DNA of 64,000 nt from an uncultured Gemmatimonadota bacterium (lineage in GTDB: Bacteria; Gemmatimonadota; Gemmatimonadetes; Palauibacterales; Palauibacteraceae), in assembly GCA_913043255.1 (NCBI GenBank), contig CAJWLK010000011.1:11170-75169 (forward strand), given 5' to 3'. This document shows positions 47,670-57,086 of the stretch, piece after piece. The notes beneath the pieces are model-generated. The model was not told the origin of the DNA and did no database searches. It was given only the letters and a program-made list of their open reading frames with translations. Position 1 is the stretch's first letter. Each line of letters starts with the position of its first letter. Position numbers and translations under genes: made by a program.

Positions 47670-48785
47670 TTGCCTGAAAATTCGCAAAAACGTGCTGTCG
47701 TTCCCCACAGATCCAGTATGGACTGGCCAATCAAGCTCAAGTGGTTAGGACGAACTGGATTCGTTCTGTTTGCACTCGTATGGGTTGGTTGTTCTCCTAC
47801 GTATGTGCTTCAGGCCGGTTGGGAAGAAGCACGCATACTGTCCGCACGACGCCCGATTAGAGCTATGGTTCACGATACTACCGTGACAAAGCTTACTCGT
47901 GATAAGCTTCGGCTTGTACTCGACGTTCGCGACTTCGCAGAGCATGAGTTGGGTTTGCGAGCTGGTCGAAGCTATGAGACTTTTGCCCAACTGGACCGAG
48001 ACACCCTCGCCCTCAATGTGCTTGCGGCTCCAGAATTCGAACTCAAATGGAAAACGTGGTGGTTCCCGATAGTGGGCCATGTCCCATATAAAGGACATTT
48101 CAACTTCCAGGCAGCTTTTTCCGAGGCAAGAAAACTTGAGGAAGAAGGGTACGATGTGGTTGTGCAACCCGTGTCCGCGTTCTCTACGCTTGGTTGGTTT
48201 CCAGATCCGATTATGTCCACGACGCTGCGCCTCGACAGCCTGGCGCTCGTCGATACAATTATACACGAGATCACGCACAGCACATTCTTTCTAAAGGGTC
48301 AAGCTGATTTCAACGAGAGTTTTGCCACTTTTGTAGGGAATCGGGGCGCGATCGCCTTTTTCTGTGATGCAGTGCAAGATCCGACCACATGTGGGCGCGC
48401 TCGTCAACGATGGGAGGACACTCGACGCTTCGGACGGTTCTTCCACTCGGTACTCGAGCCTCTTAAGGCCGTGTACGAGTCGGACCTGTCAGACGATGAA
48501 AAACGACAAGGTAAACGCAAAGTCTTCGGGGATGCGGCTCGCCGATTCAATGATGATTATGAACTGTCAGGCCGCTATTCAGGGCGACGCCTTGATGCAG
48601 GGGTATTGAATAACGCTTGGATGATATCGCGCTTACTCTATTATACACGCCTCGACGAGTTTGAGAGTGTATACCAAAGCCACGAGAGTATTTTAAGGAC
48701 CTTACAAGTATTAATGCAGGAGGCGAGCCTGCGAGATCCGTGGGAAGCCTTGGGTCAGTTGGTAGGAGAGAGAACCGACCCGTGA
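47670..48785 (+). CDS. Putative zinc aminopeptidase (DUF2265-like) lipoprotein
   Basis: Lipobox-like WVGC; WWFPIVG.VPYKG, AFSTLGWF.DP, HEITH, FNESFATF; real start may be ATG 47718. Confidence 0.85.
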   Translation: MPENSQKRAVVPHRSSMDWPIKLKWLGRTGFVLFALVWVGCSPTYVLQAGWEEARILSARRPIRAMVHDTTVTKLTRDKLRLVLDVRDFAEHELGLRAGRSYETFAQLDRDTLALNVLAAPEFELKWKTWWFPIVGHVPYKGHFNFQAAFSEARKLEEEGYDVVVQPVSAFSTLGWFPDPIMSTTLRLDSLALVDTIIHEITHSTFFLKGQADFNESFATFVGNRGAIAFFCDAVQDPTTCGRARQRWEDTRRFGRFFHSVLEPLKAVYESDLSDDEKRQGKRKVFGDAARRFNDDYELSGRYSGRRLDAGVLNNAWMISRLLYYTRLDEFESVYQSHESILRTLQVLMQEASLRDPWEALGQLVGERTDP

Positions 48786-48857
48786 TCTTGCTTCGGGTTT
48801 CCGAGTCCTCATTAAATCATAATGGTTGAGGTGTTCAATGATCGGCCTAATCTAACC

Positions 48858-49145
48858 ATGTCAGAACCTTTCGGGTGCGATCGATGTGATCGCAAGAACC
48901 CTGACCAGATCGAACGACAGCCGTTTCCAAATGAGTTGGGAGAGCGGATTGTAGAGACAATCTGTGCCGACTGTTGGGAAGAGTGGAAACAGCATCAGAT
49001 GCTGCTTATCAACCATTATGGACTCAAGCTGAATGAACCGAATGCACGAGAGTTTCTCTATGAAAACCTTCGTGCTTTCCTCTTTGGTGAAGGGGACGTA
49101 CAAGTTGAAATAGATTCGGGGCAGGAAGGTTCAGTTAAGTGGTAG
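48858..49145 (+). CDS. yggX: Fe(II)-trafficking / oxidative damage protection protein (YggX family)
   Basis: PFPNELGERI...W.EW..HQ.LLINHYGL.L....AREFL; probable start ATG 48858. Confidence 0.85.
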   Translation: MSEPFGCDRCDRKNPDQIERQPFPNELGERIVETICADCWEEWKQHQMLLINHYGLKLNEPNAREFLYENLRAFLFGEGDVQVEIDSGQEGSVKW

Positions 49146-49182
49146 TCCCGGTACTCCGGGCCAGGTCAGTGGGTGGAGGTCG

Positions 49183-50511
49183 ATGGCAAGGATCTCTTCT
49201 GCACGCCCGATGAACCGAGGTGAGTGCGTTTCCGCTGTGGCTGCGTCCCTGGGTACGACACTGCAGTCAGTTATAGCTTTTACGCGGCCTGATGTAGGGA
49301 AACAAATCTTGGACCGTCGCCAAGCGGTCCAAGCAATCGAAAGCTGGAACACTCACCAGAACAGTGACCGCCTAGTTTGGTTGCATGGATCCTCTGCTGG
49401 TGAGTTACTTGGAGCAACTCCGACCATTAATGCACTTCGAAAGCTGGAGTCGCTGAATCTGGTGGTTACGCACTTCTCACCTTCAGGGGCAGCTGCACTT
49501 GATCACCTCCAGCCAGAAAATGCAGGGTATCCACCACTTGATCGCCCAAGCGACTGCAACCGTGCAATGAGGACACTCCAACCCGATCTGCTGGTCTTTG
49601 CAAAGCTTGACGTCTGGCCAGGGCTCATAGGTGCGGCCACGCGGTTTGGAATTCCATGCGCACTTATTAACGGAGTTGTGCGACCTGACAGCAGCCGACT
49701 AAGGCCCTTAAATCGTTGGCTCTTTAGACAGACTTATTGTGGTCTCGATATGGTTGGTGCCGCAGATGAGCGCGATGCTTCGAGACTCATTTCTCTCGGT
49801 GTGCGGGCCGATGCCCTTCGTGTGACAGGGGATGCTGCGTTCGACTTGGCTGCTTCGCGAGCAGACCGAGCCAGCGAGCCAGGTGGCTGGAAGTACAAAT
49901 TTGAAGCAGCGCTGCCAAAGCGTCCACAGGGTGGAATCCGGTTAATCGCGGGTTCAACTTGGGAAGAAGATGAACGGGCTCTTCTCGATATGCTCGATGT
50001 GGGGCGCTCTCGATCATCAGCTAATTCTTGGTGTCAGCTTGTCATCGCTCCACACAAACCAAGCGAGGATCATGTAGATCGATTGTTGGCTGACTGCCGG
50101 ATGCGTGGCCAGCCCTGTGATCGCTTCAGCCGGTTGAGTGATCCCAAGACGCTGCCTTCAAATGGAGTGATCGTGTTTGATGAAGTTGGTAGACTGGCGG
50201 AACTCTACACCGCTGGCGATGTGGCATACGTAGGGGGGGGGCTGGAAGGTAAAGGCCTCCACAATGTGCTTGAACCGGCGTCCGCCGGCATTCCGGTTCT
50301 GTTTGGTGATGAGCATGATCGTGGTGATGCGGATGCGCTTGTGGAGGCCGGGGGTGGCATCACGTTTCCTCGTCACGCTTTTGGTGAAGGTTTGGTACGT
50401 ATTAAAGACGTTCGTCATCGGAAGTTTGTTGGATCACGGGCCCGCCAATTTATAGAAGACGGTTCTGGAGCTGGGCATCGCACCGCCGCATTGTTAGCTC
50501 AGCTTTGGTAA
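49183..50511 (+). CDS. waaA: 3-deoxy-D-manno-octulosonic acid (Kdo) transferase
   Basis: VWLHGSSAGE, PPLD, LDVWP, AGSTWEEDE, IAPH, GRLAELY...VAYVGG, HNVLEPA. Confidence 0.85.
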   Translation: MARISSARPMNRGECVSAVAASLGTTLQSVIAFTRPDVGKQILDRRQAVQAIESWNTHQNSDRLVWLHGSSAGELLGATPTINALRKLESLNLVVTHFSPSGAAALDHLQPENAGYPPLDRPSDCNRAMRTLQPDLLVFAKLDVWPGLIGAATRFGIPCALINGVVRPDSSRLRPLNRWLFRQTYCGLDMVGAADERDASRLISLGVRADALRVTGDAAFDLAASRADRASEPGGWKYKFEAALPKRPQGGIRLIAGSTWEEDERALLDMLDVGRSRSSANSWCQLVIAPHKPSEDHVDRLLADCRMRGQPCDRFSRLSDPKTLPSNGVIVFDEVGRLAELYTAGDVAYVGGGLEGKGLHNVLEPASAGIPVLFGDEHDRGDADALVEAGGGITFPRHAFGEGLVRIKDVRHRKFVGSRARQFIEDGSGAGHRTAALLAQLW

Positions 50512-50543
50512 GATTAAGGTGGGTGGAGGATGATAAGTCGAAC

Positions 50544-50762
50544 TCAGGTAGTGTTTTGTCGCCTTTTGGGACCGAATACGAACCAGAATATGCAACCGAT
50601 GATTGGGCATGCCACAAGAATGATAATCCACAGGGTTTTGTCTCGGCGGTTCGCGTTGGACAAAAATACTAGGGTTCCTGCCCATGCGTGCATGACCAGT
50701 AACAGGCTGAACAGGACCAAGCGAGAATCAAGCCCCGCAGAAAACTCTAGGACCGTGTTCAT
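50544..50762 (-). CDS. PLDc N-terminal-domain small membrane protein
   Basis: K.LW.....A.PIIG...WF..G pattern; start overlaps the ABC gene stop. Confidence 0.75.
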   Translation of the reverse strand: MNTVLEFSAGLDSRLVLFSLLLVMHAWAGTLVFLSNANRRDKTLWIIILVACPIIGCIFWFVFGPKRRQNTT

Positions 50763-52654
50763 GCTACAGCTATTGGTCGTTCGAACTGTAATCGATGTAA
50801 CTGGGCGTAGAGACCGCCGCTTTTAAGCAGTGACTCGTGGGTCCCTGATTCCGTGATCCGTCCATGGTGCATTACAAGAATTCGATCAGCCCCTTGGATT
50901 GTTGACAGTCGATGTGCAATCACAAAACTGGTTCGTCCGTCCATAAGCTTTTCCAGTGCAGCCTGAATCTGTGACTCAATCTCCGAATCTACTGAACTTG
51001 TTGCCTCATCGAGCAATAAGATCGGTGGATCACCCGCTAAAGCCCGCGCAAAAGATACGAGTTGACGTTCACCCACCGACAAGTTTCCGCCTCGTTCGCT
51101 CAGTGGCTCGTTATATTTTCGGGGTAGTCGTGAGAGATGTCTGTCTACCCCCACTTGCTCGGCTGACGCTCGAACTTCTTCGTCCCCAATGCCTGTCCGG
51201 TCAAGTGAAATATTCGATGCGGCCGTCCCTGAGAATAGATATACATTCTGGAGGACCAGTCCTAACTGTTGACGGAGGTCTGTAAGCGCATACGTACGGA
51301 TATCTTTCCCATCGAGAGTGATCCTCCCTTTCTGTGGTTCGTAAAACCGCATTAGCAAATTGAACAACGTTGTTTTGCCAGCTCCGGTGGCGCCCACCAG
51401 TGCCATCCTTTCGCCCGGTTTGATCTCAAGGTTGATCCCGCGAAGTACCCAACCATCCTCAGGAGACACGTCAGCGTAGGTGTGATTTTCTACACTCTCG
51501 TAACTAGCGGTGGTGGCAGTCACAGATGACGAACTGGTGGGTGCATCCTCTCCGATCGTCGAGTATCGAAACCAAACATTTTCAAATGCGATTCGGCCTT
51601 TAATCGGAACATCAAGCTGCAGCGGTTCTGGAGGATCCTCAATCCCTGGTGGTTCGTCGAGGAGCCCGAAGATGCGCTCAGAACTAGCCATGGCTCCCTG
51701 GAGGATGTTGTACTTTTCTGAAAGATCTTGGATAGGGCGGAAAAAGCGCCGCGCATACTGAAGGAACGCTGCGATCACACCGATTGACACTGTTCCCTGG
51801 AGCGCTTGGTTTCCACCGTACCAGATGATTAGAGCCAGAGCAATCGACGCTAAGACTTCGACCACTGGGAAAAAGAGAGCGTAATAGGTGATTGAGCGAA
51901 GGTGTGCCTCTAGATGGTCGTTGTTGATATCAGAAAATCGGGTCTTGGTAGGTTCTTCCTGGCGGAATAGCTGTACCACTCTTACGCCCGAAATTCGCTC
52001 TTGTAGGTAGGAGTTGATACGGGCCAAGCGGACGCGGATGTCGCGATAGGCTTCACGAACCTTTTTCCGAAAGATCCATGCGGCACCGAATACTGCCGGT
52101 AATACCGAAAAGGTGACGAGCGCCAAACGCCAGTCCATGATCAACATCGTCGCCATGATGAAACCGACAGTGAAAATGTCACCGAAAATCGTGACGACTC
52201 CTGATGTGAACATCTCGTTCAGCACTTCAACGTCACTTGTTAACCGAGTCATCAAGCGACCAACTGGGTTGCGGTCAAAGTAAGCCAGTCGAAGCCGTTG
52301 AAGGTGTGCGAAGATCTCTTGCCGCAGATCGAGCATTACGTTTTGCCCGATCCATGTCGTAAGAATCGTGCGTGTGTATTCGAGAAAACCCGATAGCAGG
52401 AGGGCTAGGAAGAAGAACATCGAGAGACGCCGCACCGTCGCGAAGTCTTTCGATGGGATTGCGGTGTCGATCACTTCTTTCGTCAGCCAAGGACCGACGA
52501 GTGCGAGCCCTGAAGCTGCAATGAGCATCAAGACCGCCAGTACGACTTGCCCCCGGTAGGGGTGGAGGTAAGCCATGAGGCGTTTCATTAAACGTGCATC
52601 GTAGGCTTTCCCGAGTGCCTCTTCTTCTTGGAATGGGCCGTCTGGTGCATGCAT
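50759..52654 (-). CDS. ABC exporter half-transporter (TMD+NBD, MdlB/YheH-like)
   Basis: GKAYDARL, GRLMTR, FFRPIQDL; GATGAGKTT, LSVGERQL, LLLDEATS, AHRLSTI. Confidence 0.92.
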   Translation of the reverse strand: MHAPDGPFQEEEALGKAYDARLMKRLMAYLHPYRGQVVLAVLMLIAASGLALVGPWLTKEVIDTAIPSKDFATVRRLSMFFFLALLLSGFLEYTRTILTTWIGQNVMLDLRQEIFAHLQRLRLAYFDRNPVGRLMTRLTSDVEVLNEMFTSGVVTIFGDIFTVGFIMATMLIMDWRLALVTFSVLPAVFGAAWIFRKKVREAYRDIRVRLARINSYLQERISGVRVVQLFRQEEPTKTRFSDINNDHLEAHLRSITYYALFFPVVEVLASIALALIIWYGGNQALQGTVSIGVIAAFLQYARRFFRPIQDLSEKYNILQGAMASSERIFGLLDEPPGIEDPPEPLQLDVPIKGRIAFENVWFRYSTIGEDAPTSSSSVTATTASYESVENHTYADVSPEDGWVLRGINLEIKPGERMALVGATGAGKTTLFNLLMRFYEPQKGRITLDGKDIRTYALTDLRQQLGLVLQNVYLFSGTAASNISLDRTGIGDEEVRASAEQVGVDRHLSRLPRKYNEPLSERGGNLSVGERQLVSFARALAGDPPILLLDEATSSVDSEIESQIQAALEKLMDGRTSFVIAHRLSTIQGADRILVMHHGRITESGTHESLLKSGGLYAQLHRLQFERPIAVA

Positions 52655-52792
52655 ACGTTGGCTTCGTCCTAGCTATGTATGTGAATACACTCGTTTCCCG
52701 AATTCACAGCCAAGATAGGGGTTTGCGCTCACGCTTCAAATCAATTCTTACTATGGTTGGCGCTAACGACGAGTCTCACCCATCATGGTCAT

Positions 52793-55735
52793 ATGAGTGA
52801 CCACATCCGGGTCAAAGGCGCCCGACAACACAACCTCAAAGGCGTCGACGTTGAGATTGAATCCGGCAAGCTAACGGTCATCACTGGACCTTCGGGATCC
52901 GGTAAGTCGAGTCTCGCATTCGATACGATTTATGCGGAAGGTCAGCGACGTTACATTGAATCGCTGTCCACCTATGCCAAGCAGTTTCTCCGGCGTATGC
53001 CCAAGCCGTTGGTTGACCAGGTGGAAGGTGTAAGTCCGTCGGTATCGATTGATCAGCGTAATCAGGTTCAGTCGAGCCGGTCTACGATTGGGACTATCAC
53101 CGAAGTCTACGATTACATGCGGCTCCTATGGTCTCGAGTGGGAACGACAGTCTGTCCCACGTGTGAAACTTCCGTAATCCCCGATACGGTTTCTTCGGCA
53201 ACAGATGTTCTTCGACAGCTTGGTATCGGAGCCCAGATAGTGGTGGGTTTCCCTTTCCGCATTAGCACAAACATCACAAGCACCATGGCTGTGATCAACC
53301 TTCAATCGAAGGGCTATCTGCGGGTCATTGCAGATGGCAAAGACATCTATCTTCCTGAACTGGAAACGGTAGCTCACGCTGAAGATGAGAAACTAGAAGA
53401 GGCTAATGGGGCGACGGAATCCGATGCATGTCGGGAACTCACAGATGCCACCGAGCTTATAGTAGTTGTCGATCGACTTGTACTGTCGAGTGAGAATCGC
53501 GAACGATTAGCAGACTCACTCTCGCTCGCATTTGCCGAAGGGCGTGGGAGAGCGATTGCATTTGATCACAGCTCAGAGGGACCTCCTACTCACTACGTAT
53601 TTGAAGAATCACACCGGTGCGGCACCTGTGAGCAGTCTTTTCCTGAAACAACCCCTTCTCTTTTTAGTTTTAATAGTCCAGCCGGCGCTTGCGACGTCTG
53701 CACAGGATTTGGTGCAGTCTTGGAGTACTCGCGCGACCTCATCGTTCCGGATTCTAGTCGTTCGTTGGAGGACGGTGCCCTCGATCCATGGTCCAAGCCC
53801 AGATATACGCGCGAAAGGTCCAATTTGGCCGCTTTCGCTCAGTCTACGGGTCTTGATCCCCTAGCCCTTTGGGATGATCTGCCGAAGGAGGCGAGGGATG
53901 TGCTTATCAAGGGAGGAATCTACTGTGGAGAACGTTTTGTAGGAGCAATCCCATTCTTGAGGTCGAAGGAGAAAAAGCGCTACAAGCCCTATATCCGTGT
54001 TTTTCTCCGGCAGTATCAGTTGCCGAGGCTTTGTCAGAAATGTGGAGGGACGAAATTAAAGCTTGATGCCCTTAACGTACGGATCGCCGGAAACCACATT
54101 GCTGAAATTGCTGCACTGCCGATAGCAGAGGTTGGGCAGTGGCTAAGGGGTGACCTGGAGCTCTCCTCATTTTCTCGAAAAGTTGCCCAGCCTATTAGCA
54201 GCGAGCTAGAGGATCGAATCCAGTTCCTTGAAGATGTGGGTCTCGGCTACCTCCCACTCGACCGTCAAGCTCGAACGTTGTCCGGCGGAGAAATGCAACG
54301 GATTCGACTCGCAAGCTGCTTGGGTAGCCGACTGATTGATACACTTTATGTGCTTGACGAGCCAACTATTGGCCTCCATGCGAGCGATATTGCCGCTTTT
54401 ACTAGTGTCCTCCAGAGACTGGCAGAGCGCGGCAACACAGTACTTGTAGTAGAACACGACTCTACGGTACTCCGACAAGCCGATCGAATAATCGAACTGG
54501 GCCCACAAGCGGGAGAGAAGGGGGGCGAGATAGTCTTCGAAGGAGACTGGGACAAGCTCCTCTTGGCAGATACAAGTACTGGGCTCGCGTTGGCTGAGCG
54601 TCATCGTCCGTCAAATATCGACTCGAGTAGTTTGAGTGTGCACCCAACGATCTGGGGGTCAAGTTCAGCACCGGAAGGAACGCTGGTTCTGCGGGGCGCA
54701 AAGCTTCATAACGTTCAAGACGTAGATCTCGAGATTCCTCTGGGGCTCCTAACGGTTGTAACCGGAGTCTCAGGTTCTGGGAAATCGACACTGATCCGCG
54801 GTGTACTATTCCATGCGCTAGAACAAGAGTTGGCTGCTAGGTCGAGTGTTAAACGCCATCTGGGTGAGCCGGAAGGCTCATATCACGCACTCCAAGGTGC
54901 TGGGGCGCTCGAAGGTGTGGTGCTCGTAGACCAACAGCCAATAGGGCGGACGTCGCGCTCGAATCCGGCAACCTACATTGGTGCATTCAAAGAGCTTAGG
55001 GATATGTACGCTGGACTTCCGGAGTCTAAAGAACGGCGCTTTGGGCCAGGACATTTTTCTTTTAATCGTCCTGGTGGTCGTTGTGAACACTGTAAGGGGA
55101 CCGGTGAGGAGACGGTTGAGATGGTCTTTTTAGCGGATGTGTCCGTTCCTTGCGAAGTATGTGCTGGGGCCCGTTATCGGCCAGAGGTTCTCGATGTTGA
55201 GTACCGTGGACATTCGATTCTTGATGCTTTGAATATGACAGTAAATCAGGCGATCCGATTTTTTATCCGAGAAGATCGGCTTGGTAAACGGCTTTGGCAC
55301 CTTCAGCGTGTGGGCTTGGGTTATCTGAAACTTGGCCAGTCAGCCACTACGCTTTCAGGAGGTGAAGCGCAGAGACTTAAGATCGCTCGAGAGCTTTCTC
55401 GTCGAGGGCGTGGAGGTAGTCGGGTCTACATACTGGATGAACCGACGGTGGGATTGGGTGTGGGCGAAGTGAAAACGTTGACCACCGTGCTCCGGGAGCT
55501 GGTTTCGGAGGGCCATACCGTTATTGTAATAGAGCATAACCTCGACGTTATATCTGATGCGGACTGGATTGTTGATCTTGGTCCAGGTGCCGCGATGGAA
55601 GGAGGTCGCATTGTAGCGGCGGGCCCACCTCTAGAAATCCTCAAAGTGGCAGAATCGAAAACTGGGGCACATCTCAGCGTTCACCTAGAGGGTTTTGATC
55701 GTCGAGGACCTCTAGCGGCCGAAAATTTTAGCTGA
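52793..55735 (+). CDS. uvrA: Excinuclease ABC subunit A
   Basis: GARQHNLK, GPSGSGKSSLAFDT.YAEGQRRY, Zn-finger CxxC pairs, two LSGGE signatures, GVSGSGKST; start ATG 52793. Confidence 0.93.
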   Translation: MSDHIRVKGARQHNLKGVDVEIESGKLTVITGPSGSGKSSLAFDTIYAEGQRRYIESLSTYAKQFLRRMPKPLVDQVEGVSPSVSIDQRNQVQSSRSTIGTITEVYDYMRLLWSRVGTTVCPTCETSVIPDTVSSATDVLRQLGIGAQIVVGFPFRISTNITSTMAVINLQSKGYLRVIADGKDIYLPELETVAHAEDEKLEEANGATESDACRELTDATELIVVVDRLVLSSENRERLADSLSLAFAEGRGRAIAFDHSSEGPPTHYVFEESHRCGTCEQSFPETTPSLFSFNSPAGACDVCTGFGAVLEYSRDLIVPDSSRSLEDGALDPWSKPRYTRERSNLAAFAQSTGLDPLALWDDLPKEARDVLIKGGIYCGERFVGAIPFLRSKEKKRYKPYIRVFLRQYQLPRLCQKCGGTKLKLDALNVRIAGNHIAEIAALPIAEVGQWLRGDLELSSFSRKVAQPISSELEDRIQFLEDVGLGYLPLDRQARTLSGGEMQRIRLASCLGSRLIDTLYVLDEPTIGLHASDIAAFTSVLQRLAERGNTVLVVEHDSTVLRQADRIIELGPQAGEKGGEIVFEGDWDKLLLADTSTGLALAERHRPSNIDSSSLSVHPTIWGSSSAPEGTLVLRGAKLHNVQDVDLEIPLGLLTVVTGVSGSGKSTLIRGVLFHALEQELAARSSVKRHLGEPEGSYHALQGAGALEGVVLVDQQPIGRTSRSNPATYIGAFKELRDMYAGLPESKERRFGPGHFSFNRPGGRCEHCKGTGEETVEMVFLADVSVPCEVCAGARYRPEVLDVEYRGHSILDALNMTVNQAIRFFIREDRLGKRLWHLQRVGLGYLKLGQSATTLSGGEAQRLKIARELSRRGRGGSRVYILDEPTVGLGVGEVKTLTTVLRELVSEGHTVIVIEHNLDVISDADWIVDLGPGAAMEGGRIVAAGPPLEILKVAESKTGAHLSVHLEGFDRRGPLAAENFS

Positions 55736-55788
55736 TAGACGCTTATCGCAATGTCTTGTGGCTTGTCAATTAGAATGCCGCCTCGTTT

Positions 55789-56823
55789 GTGATTGGTTCA
55801 GAGCGGCCACGGGTTTCTATCCTCCTTCCGTGTCGTCAGGCCGAACCATTCCTTGAAGGATGCATTGCAAGTTTAGAGACTCAGACGGAGTCACGTTTTG
55901 AGGCTCTTGTCCTTGATGATTCTTCGGTTGATGGAACCGGAGACATTCTCGCTGCATGGGCTAAGCGCGATACGCGTGTGCGTATCGTTGAACCCGATGG
56001 TTCGGGATTGATTGCAGCCCTCAAACGTCTCGCAGGCGAAGCCCGGGCATTGTACTTAGCTCGTATGGATGCCGACGACATTGCTAGACCTGGACGGTTG
56101 GCCGCGCAGATCACACTGTTGGATGCCAATCCGGATTTGGCTGCGTGTGGAACAGGGGTTCGGTATTTTCCTTCTTCCGCGCGAGGATCTGGATATACGC
56201 GCTATGAGAACTGGATCAACTCACTCACCGATCCCGTTGCCATCGCACGGGACTTGTTGGTCGAGTGCCCTATTGCCCACCCTACACTGATGGTTCGCCG
56301 AAGAGTGTTCAATTCAGTGGGTGGATATCGTGAGGTGGATGGGCCTGAAGACTACGATTTGATACTGCGTTTATCAGAAGCGGGATATAACCTTGCCAAC
56401 GTGCCAGAAGTGCTACATGAGTGGCGATTAGGCAACCATCGGTTATCTGAGCGATCTGCACGATACCATGCAACAGCCTTCCGACGTCTCAAGGTCTCCT
56501 ATCTGCGCCAAAACGTTGTGCCTGAGGATCGGCCACTTGTGATTTGGGGGGCTGGTAAAGTAGGCAAAGCATTCGCTCGTGCCTGGTTGGTGGCGGGCGA
56601 CCAACTTATCTCGGCATTTGTAGATCTGGATCCGAGGAAAATCGGTCAGACGATCCACGGGGCGCGGGTGATAGGAGTGACGGATTTGGCAGTCGACACA
56701 GAGGTGTCTCGTCGACCCTTCATCCTCGTCGCTGTAGGAACTCCTGGTGCACGTGAAGACATCCGTGCCGAACTGCACCGTCTAGGTTTTAACGATCAAA
56801 CTGACTACCGAGTCGTTGCATGA
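55789..56823 (+). CDS. Family 2 glycosyltransferase with C-terminal Rossmann-like domain
   Basis: VSILLP, DDSSVDGT, RMDADD, HPT, EDYDL; C-terminal IWGAGKVG. Confidence 0.88.
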   Translation: MIGSERPRVSILLPCRQAEPFLEGCIASLETQTESRFEALVLDDSSVDGTGDILAAWAKRDTRVRIVEPDGSGLIAALKRLAGEARALYLARMDADDIARPGRLAAQITLLDANPDLAACGTGVRYFPSSARGSGYTRYENWINSLTDPVAIARDLLVECPIAHPTLMVRRRVFNSVGGYREVDGPEDYDLILRLSEAGYNLANVPEVLHEWRLGNHRLSERSARYHATAFRRLKVSYLRQNVVPEDRPLVIWGAGKVGKAFARAWLVAGDQLISAFVDLDPRKIGQTIHGARVIGVTDLAVDTEVSRRPFILVAVGTPGAREDIRAELHRLGFNDQTDYRVVA

Positions 56824-57086
56824 GTGGTCATCTGGGTGACTATGGCGAGGCTTATTAGAACTAATTGACCAGGTTGAGTCTTGCTGAAAACGCTTCCCCT
56901 TACTGCATTCCGTCCCAGAGCTGTTTCCGCGGGACACTTTCCAGGATGGATAGAGTCGCGAAATGCCCCAAAAACCGGTATATTATACGGTCCCGCCAGC
57001 TCAGATGTGGGACCCCGGAAAATGCCGTTTTGCGGATTGTTCGTATCCTAAAATTTCATTAACATTGGCAACTTAAACGGGAGTCC

